A stretch of 62,912 bases of DNA, filler included, from Bipalium vagum (lineage: Eukaryota): assembly GCA_037834085.1 (NCBI GenBank). It is 3 parts of 3 records of this genome, joined end to end, with 100 filler letters (N's around TTAATTAATTAA, not from the genome) between each part and the next. Parts side by side here need not be neighbours in the genome. Positions count along the whole stretch, not along the records: positions 1 to 29,337 come from JBBMKC010031070.1; positions 29,438 to 45,553 come from JBBMKC010118211.1; 1 more part is not named here. The stretch is one strand, 5' to 3'. Below, piece by piece: positions 25,131 through 38,310 of the stretch. Made by a program: the position numbers and the translations under genes. Position 1 is the stretch's first letter, and each line of letters opens with the position of its first letter. The notes under the pieces were generated by a model. The model did no database searches. It was not told the DNA's origin and was given only the letters and a program-made list of their open reading frames with translations.

Positions 25131-28100
25131 AAATATACTTATTCGTATTATATAAATTGAAACCAATTAAAACTCAGGATGAAAATCACGTTAATAATAA
25201 ATAAAAAATGATAGAATTTTTTTTTGAAAATTTTAATTAATTTGACATCAATTTGAATAATTAAGATAAGCTAATTTTTGCTGATCTAAATGATCATAAA
25301 GTTAAATATAAGCTGAGCTTACAACAGAAGCCCCGTACTCACGATCATTTTAATGAAAATGTGATCCACAGCTGATAAAGGAGAATCCTGAGTTAACACA
25401 ACGTTCCACTTTCACCATCAATATTAAAACTAGTTTCCCAAGAAGATTTATAGGCTGTCGTTCTCATGATATCCTTGATAAAGGGAGATCGAATTTGTCT
25501 GTAGTATAAATATGAAAAATAAAATATTTCAGATTTCAGCTAATTTTAATGATTAGCCAAATTCTAATTTGTTTTAAAAAGGAACGTTAATATTGACGTA
25601 TAATAAATAACAGAAATTTAATTTATATTCAGTAAAAATGAAAAAAATATTTTTTCATTATGTCTTTTGCATTAATTAAATTATTTACCATCGGTTATCT
25701 GAAGTAAATTGAGTTTACACTTTATTCTATTTTCGTAGAGTAATAAATTTTATTTATCTCAGCTGAGAAGAGAATATGATTTTCTGCCAAATTTCAGGTT
25801 TTAACAATTCCTCAAATAAAATATTTAGATTAATTTCCGGGAGTATTAATTTCTGACAATAATCATAAGAAGACCATAAGAATTGTTGATAGTATCTTTA
25901 AATAAATTTCATAAGGGATTTTCAATGGTTAAGTCCCCTATTTGAGAGTGACCTAAAATTGAAAAGAAAAGAATTTTGAATTATTTGTAATTTAATATTT
26001 TTCTAAAATTTTATTAATTCTTACAAGTATTTTTTGGTGAAAATTTTTTAAAAAAATTTTACCGAAAACATAATATACAAAATTCGTTAAGCATGATTTT
26101 GAGTTTAAAATCTACGATAAAAATTGCATCGATTACTTCAGTGAAACAATGATTAATTATAAATTTTAACTGATGATATTTATCAAAAATAATAAGACAG
26201 GTAAAGACTCGTGTAACAACCGAATATGAATAATTAAATATAAATGAAAACAATAAATAAAGTGAATAGAAAATAAAATAAAATTGATAACAATAAAAAT
26301 AGAAAAACAAAATTTACATAGTGTAAAATAGTAACTGGTGATATTTTAATTGATAAAAAAGGATGTCAGTTTGCCAAGACCAATTAAATCACCAGAACCA
26401 ACATATTAAAGCATTAAAACATTGTCCACAACATATTACAAAAGAACCATAAAAATTCGATATAGTGAATGTTAGATTCAATTCTCCCTATTAGTATTCC
26501 AATGTACAGCCATTAAAAAGATGGAGAATGTGAAATTGTCCGGTTTTTATATATTTCTGTAATATAATGTAAAATTTCCTAATGAATGCATTCAGTTAAT
26601 TTTTTCAGTTAGATAACAATATCATTGCGTAAAGAAATACTTGGTGGGGGATTTTCTATTCTTGCAGGAAATATTATGCCTCTGCCTCTAATAACCAATC
26701 CTGACAACGTTAATCAATATTTTATGAAAATATTTACGACTCCATTTATTAAGTCTTCCATTGACATTTATTTAATGTTTATCTGATAAACGTGAACTTC
26801 ACAGCTGATTCTGTGGTTTTATGAGATTTATGGACAAAGTTATGTTTCAGAGATGAAAAGGTTAACTGGAAAGATTATTTTTGTGTTCAATGAATTTATT
26901 TAGGGATGGAGATAATTTTTTCATTATATCACTTGTTACAAAGATATCACACGATTTTTATTATATCATATCAATCCAAATTTATAAAGGGTCGTCCAAC
27001 AGTGAAGTATGTATGTTTTTTCTGAATAAAACAGAAATGTGTATTGAATCTTTTGAAGCAATATTATTTTATAAAAAAATGTGAACAAATACAATTATAT
27101 ATGACACAAAATATCATTCAAATGTCCATAGCCCAATTTTGCTTATTACCAAAATCAGCCATGGTGAAATGAACTTCATCACTCAACTTTTTTTCTCAAA
27201 AAAAGAAAAGAAAATTTCTATAAGTTCCTTAGAAAGAAAGTAAACCGTAGAAGGAAAAAGGAGAAAATATTAAATTAAGTTCAAATACTGAGAAATATTT
27301 CCCCCAGAATTTCTTAATTCTTAATATCTTAATTCGAAAAGATAAGTGGTTTTACAAGTCATCATTTATCAATCAACAATTAAAACAAAAATTGATAAGC
27401 TTTGAAATATTGATAAAGACCAGCGAGAGATATGATATCTGACCACAGATGTTTTGAACTTACTTTTGTCAATAGCAACATATGAGTGGCTTATTTAACG
27501 ATAGAAATAAAATTGATGGAATGATGTTATTTTTTGACTGGCCATGACTTCATATTACATTATCGGAAAATATTAATGTTTATTTCTTTTGATTTAGAAG
27601 TTCTCTGAAACATTTTCCAAAATATAAAATTCTATGCTTAAATCAATTATTAAGAATACTTTTGATAGCTTCTCATGAAATCAAAAATTCCAGATAAGGC
27701 ACCTTGACCATTTTACTCAATGGTTCGTTAGATTATCTTAACTCCTGTCAGACATATGTAAACTTTAAAATGAAACTCAAGCAAGAAAACCCATGAGAAT
27801 GTAAAATATGGCCAACCAGAGATCTTTAAAAGATATCCTTTTAAGAAAATCCAGTCACCAAGGTTGATAATCTGATATAAAATAATTGCATTTCCATTTT
27901 TGTGATTTGCCATTTTTCGACAAAGAAAGAATATCCTTGTGTAAATGCAATTCTTGCATATCAGGTTGAGTCAAAAGTTATTAATGTTTTTAGTTATTTA
28001 AAGTTCTTGCTTTACCATATCATTTGATAATAATATTTATATGAAATATTTGATATCATTTAAAAGCCCTTAAAAAGGAGAATGTAATTACATTTTAAAA

Positions 28101-28167
28101 GTTAAATTCTTAAAGTTATTAATAATTATTATTTATTATTTATATTTATTATAATTTATAATTTAAT

Positions 28168-28400
28168 CAGGAGGTTCCAGTCTTGAAGATCAGGAACGTT
28201 CAAGTCGACCATAGGGGGTGAACACGGAAGAGTCTTGTGTCCTAGTAGAGCAGCAGCCCAGTACAAGACCCGAAGGCTGTCAGGAAAGCTCAAGCATTCT
28301 CAAAGCACCATCGTTCGTCATCTGCGTAACTTTGGTTTTGTAAATAAAAATCCACACGAATTGACAGCCAAGCATCGAGTTAAAAACAAATCGGTAAAAG
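28168..28400 (+). mobile_element. Mariner transposase fragment
   Basis: Reads SLEDQERSSRP and TIVRHLRNFGFV...PHELT across frames (mariner HTH and linker region). Confidence 0.6.
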
Positions 28401-29337
28401 CAAACTAGAAATCAATTAAAATTTGTGCTGCTACCTTATTTATGAGCAATCAAGAAGCAGGATAAGAAAAGTACACCGGGTCCCATAAACATTCACAGTC
28501 CAATTGTTATAGAATGTCATTCCAAAACGCAACACTTCTCTCATTAGCAAATGAGCTTTCATTAATGATATTGAAATGATTATTTTAAACATTTCAGTAC
28601 ACGAAGTCTCTGATGATTTCTCTTGAGATTTTTAGCAAATTAAAGTTCACCACTGGAACCATGAAATACACTGATTGAAATTGAGGAAGACCGGAAGACA
28701 TTCTACTGTTACTGTTAAGTTGGAATATAATGTTCGTACTTAATTACTTTGGGGTTTATTGGGTTAATTTTATTTTGGTGATATCTTTTATAATAATCAA
28801 TAAATAAATAAATGTATAAGTAGAAAAAATATTGGCTCACATAAAATGTGGAAGTCACGGTGGCATGACAACGAGTGACCGGGAAGGAGAATGTAGACTA
28901 GAGAACTAACCATAAAAGGAAACTCATAAAATAATTTCGTTATCAAGAGTTACCAAGTGTTAACCAATTTTGACCCAACAGACTCGACAAGTCAACTAAA
29001 AATGAACACCATTAATTTTAGCAATTAGTGATAAGATAAAAGAAAGCACCAACAGCCCATAAATAAATTAATCTACTTGATTAGATTTACTTTTCAAAGC
29101 AAAAAGCTTAGAAAAGGCATCTAGCGACTAGAGAGATTCCATTATTATATTATTTTATGTGATATTCCTCATATATTCCTTGATTTCCCGCTGTAGGTTT
29201 AATAAATTCTTTAGCTTAAAGTAAAATTATATTTTGTCAAAAACTAATTCCATATTTATAATAAAGCTTGTCCACGATGAAATTGTCGCAGTAAAAAGCC
29301 GTGTATTTTTTAAAATGTGTTATGATATGTCAATAAA

Positions 29338-29437
29338 NNNNNNNNNNNNNNNNNNNNNNNNNNNNNNNNNNNNNNNNNNNNTTAATTAATTAANNNNNNN
29401 NNNNNNNNNNNNNNNNNNNNNNNNNNNNNNNNNNNNN
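29338..29437. other. Artificial contig-joining spacer (44 N + TTAATTAATTAA + 44 N)
   Basis: Exactly 100 nt. The central 12-mer puts a stop in all six frames. Identical to the spacer at 45554-45653. Confidence 0.97.
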
Positions 29438-32400
29438 ATTATAACTATGAGATTCAATTTTCGACTTTGATTTTCTTTAATGTCTACAAGTATGGATTAA
29501 AGATTTAACATAGCAATTTGAAGATTAATTGGAAAATAATTAAGTGAAATTATTAAAAAAATTAAATTGTTTATTGTGTTTATAAATCTGCTCTGTATTA
29601 TCGAGAAGAAATTTCATAATCCAAAAAATATTTGACAAACAATTCTTTCGTTTCTGTTATGATTATTAAAACAATAATCATTAATAAATTTAATTACTTC
29701 CATTACAATGTTCTTTTCATACTCATCATGTTAAATTATAAATAAAAATTTATTGATTATTAAGGAATAAATTTTTTTAAAAAAAATTTAGGTAAAAAAT
29801 ATTAATGTATAAAATTTAAAATGAATAAATAAAAAATTTAAGTAAATTTTATTTATTTTTATTTAAGTACATTTTATAAAAAATTATAAAATTTTAAAAC
29901 TAAGTAATTATTTTATAATTATTGTACAAAATTTTCGAAATTTTTTTTATGTTCAGATAGAGATAATATTATCGAAACTTTTTGAGATGACGGCTTTTGC
30001 AGCTTTTTGTGTATATGAAATATTAAAAGTATGTATAAGCTTGCTTTTATGTAAAATCAATCGATTATGAAAATGGACTGATACTTTGACATTAGTCAGA
30101 TTAATTATGATTCAAAAGAAGGAAATTGATAGTCGTCACACTAACCCCGTGTTCAATGAAAACTGCTGATGATTATTTACTGACAGGAAACCAGGTGCTC
30201 TCTGAATCAAAGTGGGTGTAACCTGATAGGGCCTCGCTCTGAACATTTATTCAGCTTTGAAAAGGAGTTTATGATCCAGGACCCAGTAGCCAGTTTTGGA
30301 GTTACTAGTTCTACCGGGATCATATATTGATAGTATCTGGTGTTAAATAGATTTTGATTATTAATTTAGTTATCATATGAAAGAAAATTTCAAATAAGTG
30401 TTTATAAATTTAGTAGATGTAAAGTATAACAATCTGTTTTTTGAGTAAAATCTTGGCCTTGTGTCACGAAAGCTTCGGTTAAATTTGATGCGTTAAAATG
30501 AGTTTCTTATTCTAAATAATACGATTGTCTGAGAGTCCAATTCTGATTCGAATTTGTTAGTTCACTAAGTCGGGGAAAACATAAGAATCCTAAGGAATGG
30601 TTTAACTAAAAAAATGTCATTCATCAAAAAACCGGAGTATTCATATTCATTATCAAAAAGAAACTAAATTTCTTATTTCTTATGCATTTTTATTCGATTT
30701 TCTTGACTCCTCATATTTGTGTTATATTTTTCTCATTTTTCTCATTTTTCTGTTTACAATTTCTTATTTTCGTGGAAAATTATTTCATGGTAAATTTTAA
30801 TATTTTTCACTTTTCGTTACCTGAGCTCAAACTTGAAACTTAAATAATCACAAATGAATATAAAGAAAATATTTTTTAAAAAAAGAAAAAATAATATAAA
30901 AAATAAAAAATAAAAGTAAAAAAGAGCTGAAGCAAAAGTTTAGAAAGGCGTTTAAATATAAATGGAAAATCAAATAATTATTTAATATAATATTTTATTT
31001 ACTTTTGATTGTTATTTCTATTTGAATAATATTTTTTTTAAAATTGAGAAAAATAATAAAATATCAGTTTTAACATGAGTAAGCGAGAACGATATCATAG
31101 CAAAATCAAAAGATTAACCGAGTCACGAACAATTATATAATCTTTTAAACATATATTGGTTCTAAAGATAATAATTTATATTTTTCGTTATTATAAATCA
31201 TTTTAATATCTTATATAGTTTTCTTTTTCTGGAGCTTAACCACAACAGTAAACAATTTATTGACCAGAAAGATGATTTTCCCAATTTATCCAATGTTTAT
31301 CTTTTATTATATTCTTTAATTCAAAATTAGTTAAATAATTTAAATTTAACTATTAGATTGTCTAATAAATTCGTTTCGTTTTTCTTCGATGTCGTTTTGA
31401 ATGACATTAGATGCATCTATTATTAATTTAATTTAGTATTTAAATAGACAGATCACGTGTTTGTTATTTATTAATAATTGTTTTAACTCATTAGTTTTTA
31501 ATTTAGTTTTACATGAAATTCAAAATGGATATCCAATTCAATAAAAATGAACATCTCCGACACGTTCTTCTATACCAGTTTAATTGCCATAATAATAGTT
31601 ACCATTTTTATCATATATTTTGAATTTTTTTTTAATTAATGGTCAAATGAAATGAATAAACTCGATCAACAACGTGACTTCAAATCTCAGTAAGTTATAC
31701 GATCCTTTCTCTTTTAAACATAAACGAAGAATCTGCAAAAAAATTTGTAGAGAGTGATTCATAAGTGACGCACATTTCGAATGCTTAATTTTATGGAGTT
31801 AAATTTAAATTATAAATTTTTAATATTTTTACAAATTAATTTTTCAATATTTAATATATTCGATCAATATAAGAATTTTTTTATTTTAGTTAAGATCATA
31901 TACTTAAAAGATCGAATTTTCCTCATAAAATATTATTACTCAAGTGGAGAAACTCCTACAATAGCGTAAATTTAAGAAGGACCATGGTCTAATAAAGGAA
32001 CTATTCACAATTTAGAGCATAAAAAGAATGGTTGATAAATTCGAAAGGACAGTGTCGGTAAATGATATCGGTAAATCAGGACTATCATACATGGAAAATG
32101 ATTCTATTGATTCTTTGGTCCACATGATCCACTTGAATCCGTCATCTCAGAAAATGGAAGCCATTTTGAACATTTATTATGACCTTTTACAATATTCTTG
32201 TTTGAATTTTATATTTTAATAAACATTCCTGTACTATCCCTACTTTTTTGTATATATTATTATATTGAGTTTTAATTGTGTGCCGCTTATGAAGGACCCT
32301 GTGGTTATTACTGTTAGTAGTTCTTTTGAGTGATTGTTTTCCCCCAAAACAAAATTTTAGCAAAAAAATTCTCTTTCAAGATAAAATGAAATCGACTAAT

Positions 32401-34288
32401 CGCACTGCCAAAAAAATTTATCCGTTAATGTTTGATTATTGATGAATTCATTCTGTGATTATAATAATAAATTAAATTAGCCCAATAATACGGGGAAGGG
32501 GAGATTGACCCAAAATCCTTTCGCAATTTCGTACAACTTAAATCCAGACCAGACATGTTCTGAGAATTGCATTAAAATCGCTTTTCGCAGTTCCAATTAT
32601 CAATATTCATTGGCACTGTTTGGAAATGGAGAAATATTTCGCTAACATATAGACACATTTGTTAACATAAATATTATCATAAATTAAGTCAATAAAATGG
32701 CAATAATAACCTGAAATGTGTTCTTCTCTCATTTCGGATCGCAATTGATTTTGTGGGTGATATTTTCCAGAACAGCAAAGGCAGAATGGGGTCGAAGACA
32801 AGAGGGTCGGGGTTCAAAGTGTTCTGGTTGCTGTTTCCAATGAAATCTTCCGGATTATTCCTTTGTTTCTGTTTTGGTCTTTCCATCTCTCTCTCTCTCT
32901 GGCTCTCCATACATATGTCTTAAGTTCGATGACTTGAAACAATTAATTATGAGATTTATTTCAATCAACCAAACCGACATCAATTAATGGTCGGTACCAT
33001 AATTAGACAAACAGTCACTTGCGAAAAATCAGTCGCTGGAACGCGGATTTCAGAGGAATGAGCCGAAAAATTATTGGAAAGTAGCCATGTCCATGTCCAA
33101 TAGCCCATTTGTAAAAAAAGGTAATGAAAATAATTCATTAGTTCATTGAATGATGGGAATCATTCAACGCCATTAAATTTATGGCCTTGCAATCACAGGA
33201 TTTAATGTTTGTTTTGTGGCACAATAATGTTTTGCGCTGATAATTTATGAGGCCGACAAAAGAATGTCTAATTAACTATAGTTTGGATGATAAAATATTT
33301 ACAGAACTGCCTTCTGAGATTCCGCTTCCGAGTCTCAGGTGAAAGAACAGCGATTTTCGTTTGATGGAAATGAATTTTATCTATCAATTATTTTTGAACG
33401 ATTCCATTCAGTCGTCGCGTTGTCCTCCTGTCTGTCTTGGCGCTTCAGTATTAGGTAGAAATTGGTTAATTCATCATTTGGATAATGGAGAACCATATTT
33501 TTATAAAATATCCCTTGATCCAGTACATGGCAAGATCTTGACAGTATCTTTCCATTCGTAAATTTCACTGATGATTTTGAATTAAAATATATTTTCTAAA
33601 AGGTACCTACTTTTCAAGCTGAACCTTAAGGGTTCGGTCAGACATTCGATATGGAATCTTAAATAATAATATATTATTAAATACTATTGATAAATTAAAA
33701 AAAATAAAACCAGGAGTTTGATATTGACGAAGGTTTTGGTGATTTTATAATTACGGAGTTTGGGTTTAATAACTTAAGATAATGAAAATATTAATTTTAT
33801 TAAAAATCAATGAAATTCATTAAGTAATTATAAAATGTTTTTATTATTAATAATAATTTTCAATCGAAAGCAGAAAATTATTTTCAGAAATTATTAGCTT
33901 GGTTGGAGAAAAATGTCTGTTTTGGACATTTAACTTTAAACTCAGAAAAATTAGGTTCAAATGAAGGTTTTCAAAATATTTCAAAATATTTTTGAAATTA
34001 TAATATGGAAGTACCTGTCGTATCTTTCTCATACTGCATGTTTTTATCATTAATAAAAAAATCGATTAATATTACACAATAATGAATAAACCTAGAAAAG
34101 AAAAAAAATAAGAAAATGATCTTAATTAACAGCTTATGGAATTTAATTTATAAAATATTTTTTAAAAATATTTATTTATTTAATATGATTGGACCATACT
34201 CGACTTAATTTTAAGAACAATTTTATTTATTTATTTATTTAGAACAATTGCAAAAAGGTAACCATACAACTTTATATATTATATTATA

Positions 34289-35009
34289 CTCGCTCCGTCT
34301 GGAAATATGGTATACATTTCAACAAAGTCGTAGATTATCGTGATTATAAAAATAAATTGCAACTGTCATTACATTGTTATAGTAAATACTCAGGATAATA
34401 TAACCTGAAATATTTGACGTAAGCAATATCATTCTTAGTTAAAAACTTAACTCTCAAACATCAGTGTTTCTGGAGACAAATAAAATTAATAACGCTGCAA
34501 GACGAATATGGAAAATTCCGAAGGAAATTTGTTAAACTTAGAGAGAAGGGATTCCAAATATAAACAGTTAACCAAAGCACAACGTCAAGGTATATTAGAA
34601 AAATTATTACAGCAGATGAAGGAGAATAAGCTAAAACACGGTGCAATCAATGAAGTTGCTACTGCGTTTAGAGTTTCCAGGCTAACCGTTAGTAGAATTT
34701 GGCATGCAGCACAAACTGAATACAGAGAAGGTAAATTATGTGCAGATGTTTCTTCAAAAAAGAAAAAAAGATGCGGAAGAAAACCTAAAGACTATTCAAA
34801 CAATTTAGCGCAAATAAAGAAAACACCATTAAATTGCCGAGGAACCCTTCGCAGAAGAAGCGTACAATAAATCCAAATCAAATTTCGAGTGAAAAAATTC
34901 ATTCTTATTTAATTAAAATGTTTCAAATAAAGTTAACATAATATACTTTTCATGTACATTTTTTGTATATTTTTTCGCAAATGTATACCATCTTTCCGGA
35001 CGGAGGGAG
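34289..35009 (+). mobile_element. Internally deleted plant-type mariner (DD39D/GT-like) with Stowaway-type TIRs and TA TSD
   Basis: Ends are TA-ctcgctccgtctggaaatatggtatacattt and aaatgtataccatctttccggacggagggag-TA. ORF 34508-34870 (KLKHGAINEVATAFRVSRLTVSRIW...DVSSKKKKRCGRKP...PLNCRGTLR) resembles the N-terminus of Soymar/Osmar transposases. The catalytic domain is absent. Confidence 0.85.
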
Positions 35010-35055
35010 TATTATGTATTATTTATATATTATATTATATATATTATATTATGTA

Positions 35056-35560
35056 TAGGTGAAACCTGCATAAATAAACACCTTTGTTTGCTGAACACCT
35101 CTTTTATTTGAACATTTAATTCCGTACACTGTAAATATAAGTTATTATCACCTGTGTTAATTGAAAACCTGTATACTTTAAAATTTGAACACTTTAAAAA
35201 TTTGCTGAATTAAAATTACCTGGTAAATTCAAAAAAATTTTGAAATTTTGTTTAAATAATAAAAAATGACATCATAAATTTAAATTTAAATTATATTTTC
35301 TATGCACTTAAGTATTTTAGAGAAAATAAATGTCACCATGATTTGAAGAACGGTTTGTCCGTACGAGCTGTTGCTAAGAAATATAGAATCTCAATAGGCA
35401 CTGCATCTAGTTTGAAAAATGTAGGGGACGAATTAAAAAATAAAATTAACAGAAATTATGTTAACAGAAATTAACATAATCATATCTTTTGCTAGCGGCT
35501 TAAGATAGAAAATTGTACCCGTAAGCCTTAACAAGGATTCTGTGAGTTTCTGCTGCAGAT
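35056..35560 (+). mobile_element. pogo/Tigger-like transposon remnant
   Basis: pogo-like terminus (tataggtgaaacctgcataaataaacacc) and an HTH-psq-like peptide LSVRAVAKKYRISIGTASSL at about 35355-35415. Confidence 0.55.
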
Positions 35561-36307
35561 TTTTAAATAGAAAAAAGAAATAAGTTACTTTCGCAGATGT
35601 TGCTTATTTTATATATATAAAGCGAGATCAAAAAATATCAAAATGAGATATAATTAAAGATATCATAATATGTTTTTATAGATAAATTAGGAAAATGCAT
35701 AACAATATAAATTGTAATAGCTTATTTAAACAAATGAATAAATTTTCTGTATTGCAGATATTTAAAAAAATTCTCACTTTCAATGCATATACCAAATATA
35801 TCAAATAAAATAATAATTCCAGTTTTTTAAATTTATTTTGTTTTTTTCAATTCGCCTTCCTCGATTAAAAAATTCTCTTAAAAATATAATACATTAAATT
35901 TTTATTATTATTATTATTAAAAAATTTTATTAATGTAAAGATAAAATTCCAGCAGATTAGAATTTAATTGATTTTCCTTTTTTAAATGATAGGTAAGCTA
36001 ATCAGATCATTAAAATTTTTTATTGTAAAATCTTTTATATTTATGTAATGGTAGAATTTTTAAAAAATAATAACTACATAAAAAATAAAATAAGAAATTA
36101 TAATTTTTAAAGACTTTGACCCGACTTTTTTTGAAGAATATTATTTTTTCAAAATATTTTGGTATATTTTAAAAAATGAATATTTTATCCATTAATAATG
36201 AGGATAACTTTAAAATATTAAGTATATCTTTTGTAGATAAATGATTGGAATATAAAAGTTAATTGAAGATGTGAAGGAAAATGATCGAAAATATGTTTCA
36301 AAATTGT

Positions 36308-36500
36308 ATATGGGGTGTGACAAAAAATTCCATTGTTTTTAAAATTCAAAGGTTTATTCTTTATTACAACTGTTATTTACGGTAAAATGCGATCCATTGG
36401 TTGAAATACACTGTTGCCACAAAGTAGGAAGCTTTTCTATGCCGTGTCGATACCAACCGACTGATTAATAATTGAAAAACTGCAGACAGCTGGCCTACTG
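36308..36500 (-). mobile_element. Mariner 3' end fragment
   Basis: TIR-like tatggggtgtgacaaaaaattcc. The minus strand reads YRHGIEKLPTLWQQCISTNGSHF (mariner C-terminus). Confidence 0.7.
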
Positions 36501-38232
36501 CGTAGGAATCGCTTATGATTTTTAATAATAATAATAATAATAATAATATTTATATTATAAAAATTTATATTTTAAAAAATTTATATTTAATAATATTTCA
36601 ATAATTTTATATTTTAATTATTTTTATTATAATCATATAAATATATTTCTGGTATGAAAATTCAAAAAATAATTTTCTTAAAAAACATTGGTTGTCTCTT
36701 TAGCAGTTAAAAATTTCACATTTCTGCAAAAATCGATGGTTTGAAATTGGCCGCGTCTCTCATTTTAACCTTTAAACATTACTGAGAATTGTTAGGAAAG
36801 CATTTTTTTAAAAAAATATAAACAAAATGATTTCATATTCCAGGTTACCTTTAAATATAAAAAATAATATTTTAAATCAGAATAATAAATTATCGATTGT
36901 GCTTCAGCACCATAATTAAAAGACATAATGGATAAACATTTTTATACTATTTTTTTGCTAATAAAAATCTTTCAAAATCTCCAAGGGAAAACGCATTTTT
37001 CATTTTGAAAGTATAACTAATAAAATGACAGTAGCTAAAAGTAAAAGGAAAGGAAAACCGTTCCATTCCACTTTTGTTGGATGCAGAATCGGTTGGGCAG
37101 TTGCTGCTGTTGTTTTTTATTATTTTTGATATTTCCAAGTGTAACCAATATCCAGGTTGATATGAATTCTCCGTCCCAGTGTAAATTGGCCCAGTTAAAT
37201 GGGAAAAATATTATAGTGCAACACCGACCATTGAAGACCATTACGTTTTGCATTGATTGAAACATTCTTTGCGTAAACATTGATTTTTAGAGCTGTCGTG
37301 TAAAATTCGTGAAAATTTCTCAACGAAATATATATTTATAAATAATTATTTTATATTTATCGAAAAAACTGTTCAATAATTAAATGAGAAACGTATTTAT
37401 CACAGTACATTAAAAGAAAAGTGATATCGAAACATATCCATTGACGACAAAAGTCGTTCCAATAAACTCATATTAATAAAAAGTATCTTCTATTATGTTA
37501 ATAATAATAAAAATAATAATAATAACAAAGTTCAAAGACATAGTAATCATGCCGCCACTGAAATTTATACATCATTAGTCGTCATCTACTATCCACTGAA
37601 GCGTCATCTCCTGGGAATAATCTTAATAGTCGATATAATATAGAATACATAATGGAATTAAGAAAAATGATCAACAGTAAAATTCCATTATTGATGACTT
37701 AAAATTAAGATTAGCTTCACAATTCCATACTTAATAACTGTTTCTTTGAATTTCTCTTTTATCTTTCTTCTTCCATTTATCACCATTATGTTTAGCAGAA
37801 CCTCACCATCAGAACTTGACAGCGTTGGTTTCTTGACTCATTTCTCAGATTTATTCCCAGCAAAACAAACCCGCTTCCCTTTCGCTCGCGCGCTCAACAA
37901 CAATTTCAGAAATTTATCATTTATTGACTTTCTACCAACTGAAAGATATTTTGCTGACATTGTCATTTGGAAAATAATGATTTTAATTCACATTAAATCA
38001 ACATAAGGGTTGACGAATAAAATAATTAATTATTAATTTATTAAGTAGTTTTAATTAACTAATTACCTTTAGTCTGAAAGTGTTTCGTCTGATAGTTCAA
38101 AGCATGTACTTCTTTCTTTCAAGTCATCGTTACTCGATAACAGAAAGGTACGGAGAAATTTTTTTGTTTTATTAAAATTTCAAAAACTAATACTCAATCA
38201 TAATAGTTCAGAACGAAATCGCAATGTTCTTA

Positions 38233-38310
38233 GTACAGCGAAACCCGCTTAATATCACGACGTCCGTTACAGAGAAAATCATCATTTTAACCGGATTGTG
38301 ATATTAACAA
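38233..38310. mobile_element. pogo-type terminal sequence
   Basis: TA-CAGCGAAACCCGCTTAATATCACG, with an internal partial inverted copy (ccggattgtgatattaa). Confidence 0.4.

Noticed and set aside
26360-26900. Possible Polinton packaging ATPase remnant (RG RHN-like peptide on the minus strand)
   Set aside because: Motifs are too fragmentary to support by eye.
29382-29393. TTAATTAATTAA as a piggyBac TTAA site or regulatory palindrome
   Set aside because: It sits symmetrically inside N runs and recurs identically at 45598-45609, so it is a synthetic linker.
37540-37970. Possible pogo/piggyBac C-terminal remnant
   Set aside because: No diagnostic catalytic motif or paired TIR found.
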